Positions 10,306-20,260 of a stretch of DNA of 64,000 bases are shown in pieces (the first letter of the stretch is position 1; each line of letters opens with the position of its first letter). Made by a program: the position numbers and the translations under genes. The notes beneath the pieces were generated by a model. It ran no database searches. It was not told where the DNA came from and saw only the letters and a program-made list of their open reading frames with translations. The stretch comes from Acidobacteriota bacterium (GTDB lineage Bacteria; Acidobacteriota; UBA6911; RPQK01; JAJDTT01): NCBI GenBank assembly GCA_965209055.1, contig OZ242374.1:32001-96000 (forward strand), read 5' to 3'.

Positions 10306-10865
10306 TCCGGCTCAGGACGTTGGTGTTCGCCGCGGCGGTCCTCTGTCAGCTCGGCGTTCCCGCCTGGATGATCCTCCAACGCGAATGGACTCTGCGCGAC
10401 GGTGTCCGGGTCAAGTTCCGGGTGGAGCCCGTGGACCCCCGGGACGAGGTTCTGGGGCGCCATGTGCGATTCAAGATTCCCGCTTCGAAGGTGACACTGG
10501 ACGAGTCGGCCGAAACACCGTCTCTCGTCCGGGCCTACGGTGTTCTGGAGTTGGATCAGGAGGGTTTCGGCCGCTTCACGGCGGTTCGGAATGAACCCCC
10601 CGAAGCCGGCGTATACCTGAGAGTGCAGGTCCGGAGAGAAGGGAAGTCGGGCATCATTCAGCTTCCTTTCGACCGCTACTACCTGCCGGAAGACGTGGCT
10701 TCAAAAGCCGGGGCGGGGCGGAAACAAGCTCTTCGGTCCGGTAAAGTGGACGCCCATGTCACGCTGCGCGTGCATCGGGGCGACGGAGTGATCGAGGGTT
10801 TTTACCTCCAGGACACTCCGGTCCTGGACTATTTGAAGGCTCGTACCGGGCCGAATGGAGAATAA
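10302..10865 (+). CDS. GDYXXLXY-family membrane-anchored protein
   Basis: C-terminal part of ORF 7455..10865; ATG overlaps the DUF2157 stop (ATGA); PVDPRD and FDRYYLPE motifs; usual DUF2157 partner. Confidence 0.75.
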   Translation: MIRLRTLVFAAAVLCQLGVPAWMILQREWTLRDGVRVKFRVEPVDPRDEVLGRHVRFKIPASKVTLDESAETPSLVRAYGVLELDQEGFGRFTAVRNEPPEAGVYLRVQVRREGKSGIIQLPFDRYYLPEDVASKAGAGRKQALRSGKVDAHVTLRVHRGDGVIEGFYLQDTPVLDYLKARTGPNGE

Positions 10866-10876
10866 GGAGAGATGCC

Positions 10877-12220
10877 ATGAAGAAACAGAACCGGCGAGGA
10901 TTCTTGACCGGGTCGGCGGCCCTGACGGGCGGGGCGGCCCTGGCCGCCGGCCGCCCTGCGTCCGCCCTGTCCTATGCCCGGACCGACGGGGCCAACGACC
11001 GGATACGCCTGGGAGTGATCGGCTGCGGCGGCCGGGGACGAGGCAATCTCAGGCAGTTTCTCAAGATCGACGGGATCCAATGCGCGGCCATCTGTGATGT
11101 GGACGGGGCTCAGATGGACCGCACCCAGTCCGAGATTCTGGATCCGGCCGGCCAGAAGGCCGAATTCCGGACTTCGGATTTTCGGCGCCTTCTGGATCGA
11201 AAGGACCTGGACGCCGTCCTGGTGGCCACTCCCGATCACTGGCACGCCATTCCCACCGTCATGGCCTGCGAAGCGGGCATGGACGTCTACGTGGAGAAGC
11301 CGCTGTCTCTGACCATCCACGAGGGCCGGGTCATGGTGGATGCGGCGCGCGAACATGGCCGGGTCGTCCAGATGGGGACGCAGCAGAGGAGCGCCCCCCA
11401 CTACACCGACGCGGTTGACTACGTGAAGAGCGGGAAGCTGGGCAAGATCCGGCTGGTCCGGGCCTGGGCCTATCTGGACTGGAAGGGAGAAATGCCGGCG
11501 CAGCCGGACGCGTCACCACCCCCGGGCGTGGACTACGACATGTGGTTGGGACCGGCTCCCGAACGTCCGTTCAACCTGAACCGCTTTCACTTCTCCTTCC
11601 GCTGGTACTGGGACTACTCCGGCGGTCTCATGACCGACTGGGGAGCTCACATGATCGACATCGCCAACTGGGCCATGGACGTGAAGGCGCCCCGGTCGGC
11701 CGTCTCGGTGGGGGGCAAGTTCGGCTATCCCCGGGACGCCATGGAAACGCCCGACACCCAACAGGTCATCTGGGAGTTCGACGACTTCAGCATGGTCTGG
11801 GAACACGCGCTGGGCGTGGGACGAGGTCCGGAAGCCCGGGAGCACGGCGTCCAGTTCCACGGCAACGACGGTGTGCTGGTGGTGGACCGCAACGGTTGGG
11901 AGGTCCACTCCGAGACGGACAAGATCGACAAGCCGGCGCGGGAGTTCCGGTCTCGGGGCAAGCCCCGCCACAACATCCGGGGCCGGGGCGCCTATCACCT
12001 GGGGCATGTCCAAAACTTCGTGGACTGCATGCGCACGAGGGAGCGTCCGCGATCGGACGTGGAGATCGGTCATGACTCGATGATCGCCTGTCATCTGGGC
12101 AATATGGCCTTCCGGCTCGGGCGCAGAGTCGAGTGGGATCCGGAACGGGAACGCATCGTCAACGATCCGGAAGCCGAACGCCTGGCCGGCATCAACTACC
12201 GGAAGCCCTGGAAGCTGTAG
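10877..12220 (+). CDS. Gfo/Idh/MocA family oxidoreductase with Tat signal
   Basis: NRRGFL Tat motif, IGCGGRG, ATPDHWH, YVEKP, DWGAH. Confidence 0.93.
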   Translation: MKKQNRRGFLTGSAALTGGAALAAGRPASALSYARTDGANDRIRLGVIGCGGRGRGNLRQFLKIDGIQCAAICDVDGAQMDRTQSEILDPAGQKAEFRTSDFRRLLDRKDLDAVLVATPDHWHAIPTVMACEAGMDVYVEKPLSLTIHEGRVMVDAAREHGRVVQMGTQQRSAPHYTDAVDYVKSGKLGKIRLVRAWAYLDWKGEMPAQPDASPPPGVDYDMWLGPAPERPFNLNRFHFSFRWYWDYSGGLMTDWGAHMIDIANWAMDVKAPRSAVSVGGKFGYPRDAMETPDTQQVIWEFDDFSMVWEHALGVGRGPEAREHGVQFHGNDGVLVVDRNGWEVHSETDKIDKPAREFRSRGKPRHNIRGRGAYHLGHVQNFVDCMRTRERPRSDVEIGHDSMIACHLGNMAFRLGRRVEWDPERERIVNDPEAERLAGINYRKPWKL

Positions 12221-12259
12221 TAAGACACAGGTGCCGCGAGCGAGAGAAGAGGGAGGCGA

Positions 12260-13723
12260 ATGTCGGTGACAAGGTCCGGTGATCAGGATCCCGTCCGGTA
12301 CCCGGAACTCTCGCCCCAGCTCCGCGATCGTTCCCTGACGGGAATGCTCAAGCTCTTCGGTCCGGGCGCCATCATCGCCTCGGTCACCATCGGAAGCGGC
12401 GAGACCGTCTTCGCTTCCCGGGGCGGCGCCGTCTTCGGCTATTCCCTCTTCTGGTGTTTTCTGGTCGGTTCCGCCCTGAAGGGACTCCAGGTCTATACCG
12501 GCGCCCGGTTCATCACCCTGACCGGCCGCCATCCCTTGCGGAGCTGGATGGACCTGCCCGGCCCCCGCGGCTGGTTCGTCCTGTTTGTCTCCGTCATGAC
12601 CATCGTCTGGATGCCCTTCTGGGTGGGCGGGGGACTCCCCAAGATGCTGGGAGAGTTCACCAACTGGGTGGTCGGTTTCCCGGACCCGGAAAACGTGTCC
12701 GACTACGTCTTCTTCGGCCGGCTCTGGGGAACCTTCTTCATCCTGGTGGCGCTGACCTTCACCTGGGTTCAGAGCTACGGGTTCCTGGAGCGGGTCCAGA
12801 CCGTCCTGGTGGGTCTGCTGCTCCTCTGCATGGTCCTGGCGGCCGCCGTGTCGAATCCCGATCTCCTGGCCATGCTGGGGGGAACCCTGGTCCCCACCCG
12901 GCCCAGGTACGACGGCTGGGTCCTGGAACGGTTCGCCGAATTCCGGGGGCGCAATCCCTGGGTGGAGATGGTCACCTACCTGGGAGCGGTGGGAGGCGGG
13001 ACCCAGGACTATCTGGGATACGTGGGAATGCTGCGGGAGAAGGGCTGGGGACTGCTGGGCAGCCGGGGCCGGGGTCCCGTGGACGCCGGCCGGGAGAACC
13101 TGAAACGGGGCCTGGCCTGGCTGCGGGCCCCGCGCACCGACGTGACGGTGTCGTTCACCTGCATCTTCATCTTCACCCTCTGTTTCGCCATCCTCGGGGC
13201 CACCATCCTCTATCCCCGGCAGGAGATCCCCAGCGGGTTCGACCTGCTGACCCTGCAATTGGGGTACCTGGTCCGGCCGGACCAGTCGCCGCTGGTCCGG
13301 ACTCTGCTCGCCTGGCTCTACAAGACCGGCATCTTCTTCGCGTTCTTCGGCACCATCTACGGCGCCTACGAACTCTACACCCGGACCACCCGGGAATGCC
13401 TGGTGGCGCTCTTCCCCTCTCTGCGGAAGGTTCCCTTGAAGAAGTTCCGGCTCTGGACGCTGCTCTGGTGCGCGGTGCCCGGCCTGGGCCTGCTCTGGTT
13501 CCTGGAACGGGACCCGGTCTTCATCGTCACGCCGGCGGCCCTGGTGGGTTCCGGTCTCATTTGCGGCCTCTGGTGCTTCGCCATGCTCTGGTCGGACCGA
13601 TACCATCTCCCGCGGGAGTTGCGGATGAGATGGCCGCTATGGCTGGGCACCCTCGTGGCCGGGATCGGGCTGACGGTGATCCCCCTGATCGGAATCGTGA
13701 AGTACGTTCAGAGCTTTCTCTGA
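12260..13723 (+). CDS. Nramp-like (APC superfamily) transporter
   Basis: FGPGAIIASVTIGSGE N-terminal motif; about 11 TM helices. Confidence 0.75.
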   Translation: MSVTRSGDQDPVRYPELSPQLRDRSLTGMLKLFGPGAIIASVTIGSGETVFASRGGAVFGYSLFWCFLVGSALKGLQVYTGARFITLTGRHPLRSWMDLPGPRGWFVLFVSVMTIVWMPFWVGGGLPKMLGEFTNWVVGFPDPENVSDYVFFGRLWGTFFILVALTFTWVQSYGFLERVQTVLVGLLLLCMVLAAAVSNPDLLAMLGGTLVPTRPRYDGWVLERFAEFRGRNPWVEMVTYLGAVGGGTQDYLGYVGMLREKGWGLLGSRGRGPVDAGRENLKRGLAWLRAPRTDVTVSFTCIFIFTLCFAILGATILYPRQEIPSGFDLLTLQLGYLVRPDQSPLVRTLLAWLYKTGIFFAFFGTIYGAYELYTRTTRECLVALFPSLRKVPLKKFRLWTLLWCAVPGLGLLWFLERDPVFIVTPAALVGSGLICGLWCFAMLWSDRYHLPRELRMRWPLWLGTLVAGIGLTVIPLIGIVKYVQSFL

Positions 13724-13751
13724 GGGACGTCGACCCCCAGCGGCTGTCAGC

Positions 13752-14798
13752 CTACCGGGGCGGCAACTGGTAGCCTTCCCGCTTGACGTGGATCCGGTAG
13801 AGACTCTTTCCGGCCGTAATGTAGAGGGTCTTGCTCTCGGTCCCGCGTCCGAACCCCACGTTGGTCGGCAGCTCGGTAGGAATGAAGGCCAGCTCCTCTC
13901 CTTCGGGGGAATAGACGGCGACTCCGGGGCGGGTCACATCCCGCACGGTCACATAGAGATTGCCGTCCACGTCCACCACCATGCCGTCCGGTCCATCCTG
14001 GGGAGAATAGTCCACCAGGACCTCCCGAAAGCTGGCCGTACCGTCGGGAGCCAGATCGTAGGCCAGCAGCGCCATGCGGTTCTTGTTCAACGGCGTTCCC
14101 TGCGGCAATCGGGAGAAGTCCGTGGCCCCGTCGTCGTTGCTGACCACGTAGAGGGTCTTCTGGTCGGGGGAGACGGCTACGCCGTTGGGCTTGCCCGCGT
14201 CGGTGATGATCCGGTGCACCGAGCCGTCGGTGTCGATCCGATACACGGCCATGACCGCCTGGTCGACGGTTTCGTGACCCAGGTAGCGGGGGTCGCTGAA
14301 ATAGATCCGCCCCTTTTCATCAATGGTGATGTCATTGGGGGCATTGAGCTTCCGGCCTTCGTACATTCCCGCGATGATGTAGCTCTTTCCGGTCTTCATG
14401 TCGGTGCGGACGATCCGCCGACCGCCGTAATCGGCGCCTTCGGCGATGATCATGTCGCCCCGGGCATCGAACTTGATGCCGTTGGACATGCCGCTGGGGG
14501 AACGGAAGATAGTGGTCTCGCCGGTCTTGGGGTCATACTTCCAGATGTGCCCGGCTTCGGGTTCACCCTTCTCGTTCTTACACGTGAACGTGAACGTGAT
14601 GTCGCTGAAGTAAATGGTGCCGTCCGGGGCCGCCGCGACCCCTTCGGTGAGAATGCATCCGCCTTCGAAGAGCTTCTCCAGCGTGACGCCGGCGGCGATG
14701 ATGCTGGGGTCTCCGGAGGGGAACTGGGCCAGGCCCGGCTGGCTCAACACCAGGCAGGCCAGGGACCCGAGAATCAGGTTTCGGATTCTTTGAACCAT
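13752..14798 (-). CDS. SMP-30/gluconolactonase family protein, secreted
   Basis: Signal peptide; TEG, NAPND, PNG, PDGM motifs. Confidence 0.9.
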   Translation of the reverse strand: MVQRIRNLILGSLACLVLSQPGLAQFPSGDPSIIAAGVTLEKLFEGGCILTEGVAAAPDGTIYFSDITFTFTCKNEKGEPEAGHIWKYDPKTGETTIFRSPSGMSNGIKFDARGDMIIAEGADYGGRRIVRTDMKTGKSYIIAGMYEGRKLNAPNDITIDEKGRIYFSDPRYLGHETVDQAVMAVYRIDTDGSVHRIITDAGKPNGVAVSPDQKTLYVVSNDDGATDFSRLPQGTPLNKNRMALLAYDLAPDGTASFREVLVDYSPQDGPDGMVVDVDGNLYVTVRDVTRPGVAVYSPEGEELAFIPTELPTNVGFGRGTESKTLYITAGKSLYRIHVKREGYQLPPR

Positions 14799-14972
14799 TG
14801 AACTCTCCTTAATAACTTGGCGCCGTGAAAGACTCTGCCGTCACCGGGCAGGTTAGCACCTGGGAACCGTCCGCAAAAGTCATTACTTGCGTACTTCTTC
14901 CGGGATTTGCCGGTGCTCGGGCCGAAAGATACAATCCGCCGAAAGATCGCGGGGGATGAAGCCGGGAAGGAA

Positions 14973-15902
14973 ATGCAGATGAGAGTGCCTGCCTTGGGGA
15001 CCAGGATCCTGTTGGCGCTTGCCGCCGCCTCGCTGTTTTCGGGAATGGTTGCGGCGCTGATTTCTTCCGAGCCGGGTTCGCTGACGGAGCTGGCGCCCGG
15101 AGTCTATTTTCGGAAGGGAGAACTGGAGCACCAGGGCCATTGCAACAACGGGGTCGTGGTCTTCAACGATTTTGTGGTGGTCATCGACGCCAACTTCCCG
15201 AGTGGCGCCGAAGCCTGCCTGGCCGACATCCGCCAGGTCACCGACAAGCCGGTGCGGCTGGTTTTCGACACCCATCATCACGGCGACCACGCGTACGGGA
15301 ATCCGGTCTGGGTCTCCGCCGGAGCCGTGACGGTCGCACACGAGAAGGTGGTCCAGGAAATGGATCGTTTCGAGCCGCTCCGCTGGAAGCAAGAAACCGC
15401 CAAACGCAAGGATGTCGCCGCACTGGGGCTCAGGAGCGCCCAGCCCCCCATCGTGACCTATCCCGACCGGTTGGTCATCGACGACGGGACTCAACGCTTG
15501 GAGCTGCTCCACTTCGGAACCGCCCACACCCGCGGCGACGGCTTCGCCTACCTCCCCCGCCATCGGATCCTCTTTACCGGGGATGCCGTGGTCAACGGAC
15601 CCTACAATTACATGGGGGACGGGGACACGCATTCCTGGATCGGCGTCATCGAGGCGCTGGAAAAGCTTCGGGTCGAGACCGTCGCTCCGGGACACGGCCC
15701 CCCCGCGGACCGCTCGCTTCTGGGCAAGCAGAAGGCGTTCATCCGCGCGCTGCACCGCGAGGTGGCGTTGGGGCTGGAGGCCGGGAAGAGCCTCGAGGAG
15801 CTGCAAAAATCCATCCGGCTCCCCGATTCCGTCCGCCTCCACGTGGGGAGTTGGTTCGAATCACAGGTCGCCAAGGTCTACAGCGAGAAGACGACCCCCT
15901 GA
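14973..15902 (+). CDS. MBL-fold metallo-hydrolase, secreted (cyclase-like)
   Basis: THHHGDH, AHTRGD, TGD, PGHG motifs; start estimated. Confidence 0.88.
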   Translation: MQMRVPALGTRILLALAAASLFSGMVAALISSEPGSLTELAPGVYFRKGELEHQGHCNNGVVVFNDFVVVIDANFPSGAEACLADIRQVTDKPVRLVFDTHHHGDHAYGNPVWVSAGAVTVAHEKVVQEMDRFEPLRWKQETAKRKDVAALGLRSAQPPIVTYPDRLVIDDGTQRLELLHFGTAHTRGDGFAYLPRHRILFTGDAVVNGPYNYMGDGDTHSWIGVIEALEKLRVETVAPGHGPPADRSLLGKQKAFIRALHREVALGLEAGKSLEELQKSIRLPDSVRLHVGSWFESQVAKVYSEKTTP

Positions 15903-15941
15903 ACGGCCGCCGCCCCTCACGGGTGTGACTTTCTCCCGGGA

Positions 15942-17243
15942 TCAGAGGCCCAATACCTTCACCGCCGAGAAGTATCCGCTGACGGCCGCCACGGCGAACA
16001 GGAACCCCACCAGGACGTTGTCCCACCAGCGGTTTCGATATTCGGCACCGATATGGACTCGGCGAGCCGTCAAGATCCAGATTCCGGCCACCAGGAAGGG
16101 GAGGACCACCACCTGCGCGGCGTTGACCGTCACCGTCAGACCGACGAAGTCCGAGTAGCCCAGAAACACCCAGATCAGGGGTGAGAGAACGACCCAGTAG
16201 GTGGCCAGACGAAGACTGGGATGCCGTTTGTAATCGCCGCCGCAGGCCTCCCGAGCCGAGGGCCGGAGCTGAATATAGGCGTCGGCGATGAGCATGGCGT
16301 AGGCGCTGCCGTTTCCCACCATGGAACTGAACAGGGCAGCGAAGACGCCCATGTAGAACAGTAGAGAACCTGCCTCGCCCATGGTTTCGCCCAGGAGCAG
16401 CGAGAGGCTCTCCAGGTCCACGACCTGGATGTTTCTGGGATGGAGGACTTCGGCCCCCACGACCCAGATGGAGAGATCCAGGACGATCAGCACGATGATG
16501 CCCAATATCAGGTCGTATTTCTGCACCCGCCGGTGGCCGGGTGTGACCCATCCCTTTTCCCGCATGAAGTAGGGGTAGAGGAGATTCCCCAGGCTGCCGG
16601 CAATGGCGCCTACCATGGCCACCATGAGGTATATGGCGTCGAAGCGTCCCAGGGTCTCGGGAACCTGTAAACCCAGAACACCCTTGACGATTCCTGTTGC
16701 TGACGGCCCGGACCAACCGGCCAGTCCGATCAGCGAAACCGACAAGGCGCCCGCGAGCACGAAAAAGATCACTTCGATTCGCCGGTAGTGGGGCCGGATC
16801 ACCAGGAGCAGAACGGCCAGGGCCAAACCGGCTCCCCACACCGGAATGCTGCCGATTCCCGTCACCTTGACGCAGATCCCGGCCGTTCCCACCAGCAGAA
16901 ATACGCCGATGCCGTGGGTGAGCAACAACGTCCCCGTGAGGACGATGAGCGCGAAGAGGGGGTGCAGACGCCCCAGGCCCGCCAACACCGTCTCGCCTCG
17001 CCGGTTGCAAAGCTGGTATTTGGCAATGAGGGAGACGAACAGGTAGCGGAGGATCAGGCAGAGCGCAAAGCCCCACATGAGGGAATAGCCGTAATTCCCC
17101 CCGGCCATGGCCGACTCGACGATGTCCCCGGCTCCCAGCCAGGTCAGGACGACCACGATTCCGGGTCCCATGGACCGGACGTATTCCAGAAAGGAGCGGG
17201 GAATGGGTGCCGGTTTGTAAGACGAGTCGCCTCCTTCTCTCAA
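15942..17243 (-). CDS. Nramp-like transporter
   Basis: MGPGIVVVLTWLGAGD, GGNYGY motifs; about 11 TM helices. Confidence 0.78.
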   Translation of the reverse strand: MREGGDSSYKPAPIPRSFLEYVRSMGPGIVVVLTWLGAGDIVESAMAGGNYGYSLMWGFALCLILRYLFVSLIAKYQLCNRRGETVLAGLGRLHPLFALIVLTGTLLLTHGIGVFLLVGTAGICVKVTGIGSIPVWGAGLALAVLLLVIRPHYRRIEVIFFVLAGALSVSLIGLAGWSGPSATGIVKGVLGLQVPETLGRFDAIYLMVAMVGAIAGSLGNLLYPYFMREKGWVTPGHRRVQKYDLILGIIVLIVLDLSIWVVGAEVLHPRNIQVVDLESLSLLLGETMGEAGSLLFYMGVFAALFSSMVGNGSAYAMLIADAYIQLRPSAREACGGDYKRHPSLRLATYWVVLSPLIWVFLGYSDFVGLTVTVNAAQVVVLPFLVAGIWILTARRVHIGAEYRNRWWDNVLVGFLFAVAAVSGYFSAVKVLGL

Positions 17244-17261
17244 GTCTCACCTCGCTCCCTA

Positions 17262-18167
17262 TTACCCTCGCAGCAGCAGGATCAGTATTCCCGTCACCAC
17301 CAGCAGGACTCCCAGCAGTTCCCGTCCCGTGACCCGCTCACGAAAGAAAGCGGTGGACACCATGAAGGCGAAGAGCAGCTCCACTTGGCCCAATGCCTTC
17401 ACGTGGGCGGCGTTTTGAATGGTCATGGCCGTGAACCAGCAGGCGGAGGCCGACATCCCGGCCAGACCGACGGCGCCTGAAATCCTCCAGGACCTGAAGA
17501 CCAGGGTCAACTGTCCCGGCTCCCTCAGCCGCAGGTAGAGTCCCATGGTCACGGTTTGGAACAGGAGGGCGGCTGCGAGCGTGCACGCGGCCGATGCAAC
17601 GTAGTCGCCGCCGAGGGAGAGGCTGCCGGCCCGGTAGGAGACGGCGGCAAGACCGAACCCGGCGCCGCTGGCCAATCCGATTCCCGCCGTCCTTCCGAAC
17701 AGGGAGGCGAGCAATTCCCGGGCTGCCAACTGCCGCCTGGCGATGGCCAGCAGCATGACGCCGGCCAGGCTCACGACGATGGCCAGCAGCGCCCATGCGG
17801 TAATGGAGTCCGAGAGGATGAGCATTCCGGCGATGGCCGCCTGGATCGTCTCCGTTTTCGAGTAAGCCGTCGCGACGACGAAGTTCCGGAACGAAAAGAG
17901 GTGGATCAGGAGCGCCGTCCCGGCGATCTGGGCCGTGGAGCCCAGGACCACGAAGAAAAGAAACCGCCGGTTGAACTCCGGGAAGTCGTACTCGGCGCCG
18001 AAACGGAGGATCGCCAGATAGAGGAGGACGAAGGGCAGGGCATAGAAAAAACGCACGTAAGCCGCTGCCGACGTGCTCAACGATCCCTTGAGGTGCTTCT
18101 GCAGCGACGACCTGGCGTTCTGAAAGAATGCCGCCGCGATGGTGATGGGGACCCAGGTTTCGAACAA
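17262..18167 (-). CDS. DMT/EamA family transporter
   Basis: About 10 TM helices; AAFFQNARSSLQK, SKTE, LGQVEL motifs. Confidence 0.8.
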   Translation of the reverse strand: MFETWVPITIAAAFFQNARSSLQKHLKGSLSTSAAAYVRFFYALPFVLLYLAILRFGAEYDFPEFNRRFLFFVVLGSTAQIAGTALLIHLFSFRNFVVATAYSKTETIQAAIAGMLILSDSITAWALLAIVVSLAGVMLLAIARRQLAARELLASLFGRTAGIGLASGAGFGLAAVSYRAGSLSLGGDYVASAACTLAAALLFQTVTMGLYLRLREPGQLTLVFRSWRISGAVGLAGMSASACWFTAMTIQNAAHVKALGQVELLFAFMVSTAFFRERVTGRELLGVLLVVTGILILLLRG

Positions 18168-18367
18168 CTGCTCAAATTCTCCCGGTCTGAGCCGTGCCGG
18201 CGTGTCGCGCGGTCATTGGATATTGGGGGAAAGTCCGCCGACTCTCAAATCTCCGGGCCCATTTCCATCGTCGCGAAACGTCCCTCCGGCTGGCGAGATC
18301 CTGGAGCCGTGCGGTGCCGCAGCCGGCGAATGTATAGTTGGAAAGGGCCGGATACGGAGGAGGACGG

Positions 18368-19117
18368 ATGTCCAGATTCGAAGGCCGGGTGGCCATCGTC
18401 ACCGGCGCGGCAGAGGGTCTCGGCTTCGGTATCGCACAACGTCTCGCGAGTGAAGGGGCCCGGATGACCGTCGTTGACGTGAACCCCGGTCCCGCCCGGC
18501 AGGCATCGCGCACTCTCGCCCGTCAGGGGGTGCCGTCAGAGGTCGTCGTCGGCGACGTGGGGGACGAGGCGACAGCCCGTGAAGCGGTCCGGACGTCCAT
18601 CGACCGGTGGGGCCGCATCGACATCTTGGTCAACAATGCGGGAATCGGCAGTCCTGTCGCCAAGACCTGGGAAATGCCGGTGGAGGAGATGGACCGCATC
18701 TACCGGACCAACCTCCGCGGCGTGTTCGCCTTTTGTCATCATGTGATTCCGCACATGATGGAGCGGGACTATGGCCGCATCGTCAACGTCTCCTCCGCCT
18801 CCGGCAAGGAGGGGGTCGCCGGGGCTGTGCCCTATGCCGCTACCAAGGCCGGCGTCATCAGCCTCACCAAATCAATCGGCCTGGAACTGGCGAAAACGGG
18901 CATACGGGTGAACTGCGTCACTCCCGGCGCAGTCATGACCCGTCTGTTGGAAAGACTGACGAAGGAGCGGATCGCAGGCATGATCAGCCGGATTCCCATG
19001 GGGCGCACCGGGACGGTGTCCGAGGTCGCGGCGCTCGTCGCCTGGCTGGCATCGGACGAGTGCTCCTACAGCACCGGCGCGGTATTCGACGTCAGCGGCG
19101 GGCGTACGACCTACTGA
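18368..19117 (+). CDS. Short-chain dehydrogenase/reductase (FabG-like)
   Basis: TGAAEGLG, NNAG, YAATK, DVSGG motifs; RBS GGAGG before ATG. Confidence 0.92.
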   Translation: MSRFEGRVAIVTGAAEGLGFGIAQRLASEGARMTVVDVNPGPARQASRTLARQGVPSEVVVGDVGDEATAREAVRTSIDRWGRIDILVNNAGIGSPVAKTWEMPVEEMDRIYRTNLRGVFAFCHHVIPHMMERDYGRIVNVSSASGKEGVAGAVPYAATKAGVISLTKSIGLELAKTGIRVNCVTPGAVMTRLLERLTKERIAGMISRIPMGRTGTVSEVAALVAWLASDECSYSTGAVFDVSGGRTTY

Positions 19118-19135
19118 TCCAGGAGCAGGAAACCC

Positions 19136-20260
19136 TTGTCGCTGAGAGCATCCCGGACGAATGGAGAGCCGCCTGCCGTGAGCCGGATTCACGAACTCGA
19201 CGCTCTGCGCGCCGTTGCCATGCTGCTCGTCGTCTTGTTGCACGCGTTGTGTTTCCTGATGCCCTTCTCGGACTTCTGGCCGGGGAAACATGTCTACGCC
19301 GAGGACACGGAACCTCATTACAACCCTTACGTCTACCTGTTCAGCGCCCTGGCCGGAGTTCTCATGCCGCTGTTTTTCATCCTGAGCGGATATTTCACCG
19401 CCATGCAATGGCGGCGCCGGGGGTTGGCGCAGATGGTCAGGGCCCGCTTGAGGTACGTCGGACTGCCGCTGCTGCTGGCAATGGTCACCGTCATCCCCCT
19501 CACTCATTGGGCATTCACCGAAGGGGAAAACGACCCGATCGCCTGGCCGGAGCACTTCTACCATCTCTGGTTTCTCTGGCACCTGTTGCTGATCGTCGGA
19601 GCTTTCGGCACCGCCGCCAGGCTGGGCTTGCGGTTCCGGCATCCCAGCTGGTGGGTGCTCGTCCCTGCGGCCATCGTGCCGCAGTATTTCATGCGCCAGA
19701 TCGTGGGCGCCGACGTCTCCGGCGGATTCCTGCCCGAGCTTCCGATCATCGTTTACTACCTCGTCTTCTTCCTGGCCGGCGTTCTGCTCCATCAGCGGAG
19801 CGTCCCGGTGCGCCGGTGGTGGTCCTCAGGGCTCCCGATGGCGCTGCCGCTGCTGGCGCTGGCGCTGGTGTTTCTCTATCCCGGGAGAATCGGCTTCGTG
19901 GATCCGAAAACGGCCTGGGTGCCGGCGGGAGCGGCAGTGTTTCAGGTTGCGTACACCTGGATGGCCTGCTTTGGCCTGATGGGACTGTTCCGGCGGGTTG
20001 CGGCCCGGGAGCGATCCTGGGTGCGGTATGTCTCGGACGCCTCCTACTGGATCTACGTCATGCATCTGCCGCTGGTGGTCTGGGGCCAGCGGCTGGCCGC
20101 GGAGAAGTCCCTCAATCCACACCTGGCGTTCGTGTCGATCTGCGTCGCCGTAACGGGTCTGCTGCTGGCGGTCTATGCGTGGGCAGTTCGATACACCTGG
20201 GTCGGGACCCTCCTGAACGGCAAGCGAGTCCGCGTTCGCCCCGTGCTTTCAGACGGGTGA
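19136..20260 (+). CDS. Acyltransferase family 3 (OpgC-like) membrane protein
   Basis: LDALRA..M....LH, MPLFFILSG, YHLWFL, SYWIYVMHLP motifs. Confidence 0.85.
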   Translation: MSLRASRTNGEPPAVSRIHELDALRAVAMLLVVLLHALCFLMPFSDFWPGKHVYAEDTEPHYNPYVYLFSALAGVLMPLFFILSGYFTAMQWRRRGLAQMVRARLRYVGLPLLLAMVTVIPLTHWAFTEGENDPIAWPEHFYHLWFLWHLLLIVGAFGTAARLGLRFRHPSWWVLVPAAIVPQYFMRQIVGADVSGGFLPELPIIVYYLVFFLAGVLLHQRSVPVRRWWSSGLPMALPLLALALVFLYPGRIGFVDPKTAWVPAGAAVFQVAYTWMACFGLMGLFRRVAARERSWVRYVSDASYWIYVMHLPLVVWGQRLAAEKSLNPHLAFVSICVAVTGLLLAVYAWAVRYTWVGTLLNGKRVRVRPVLSDG

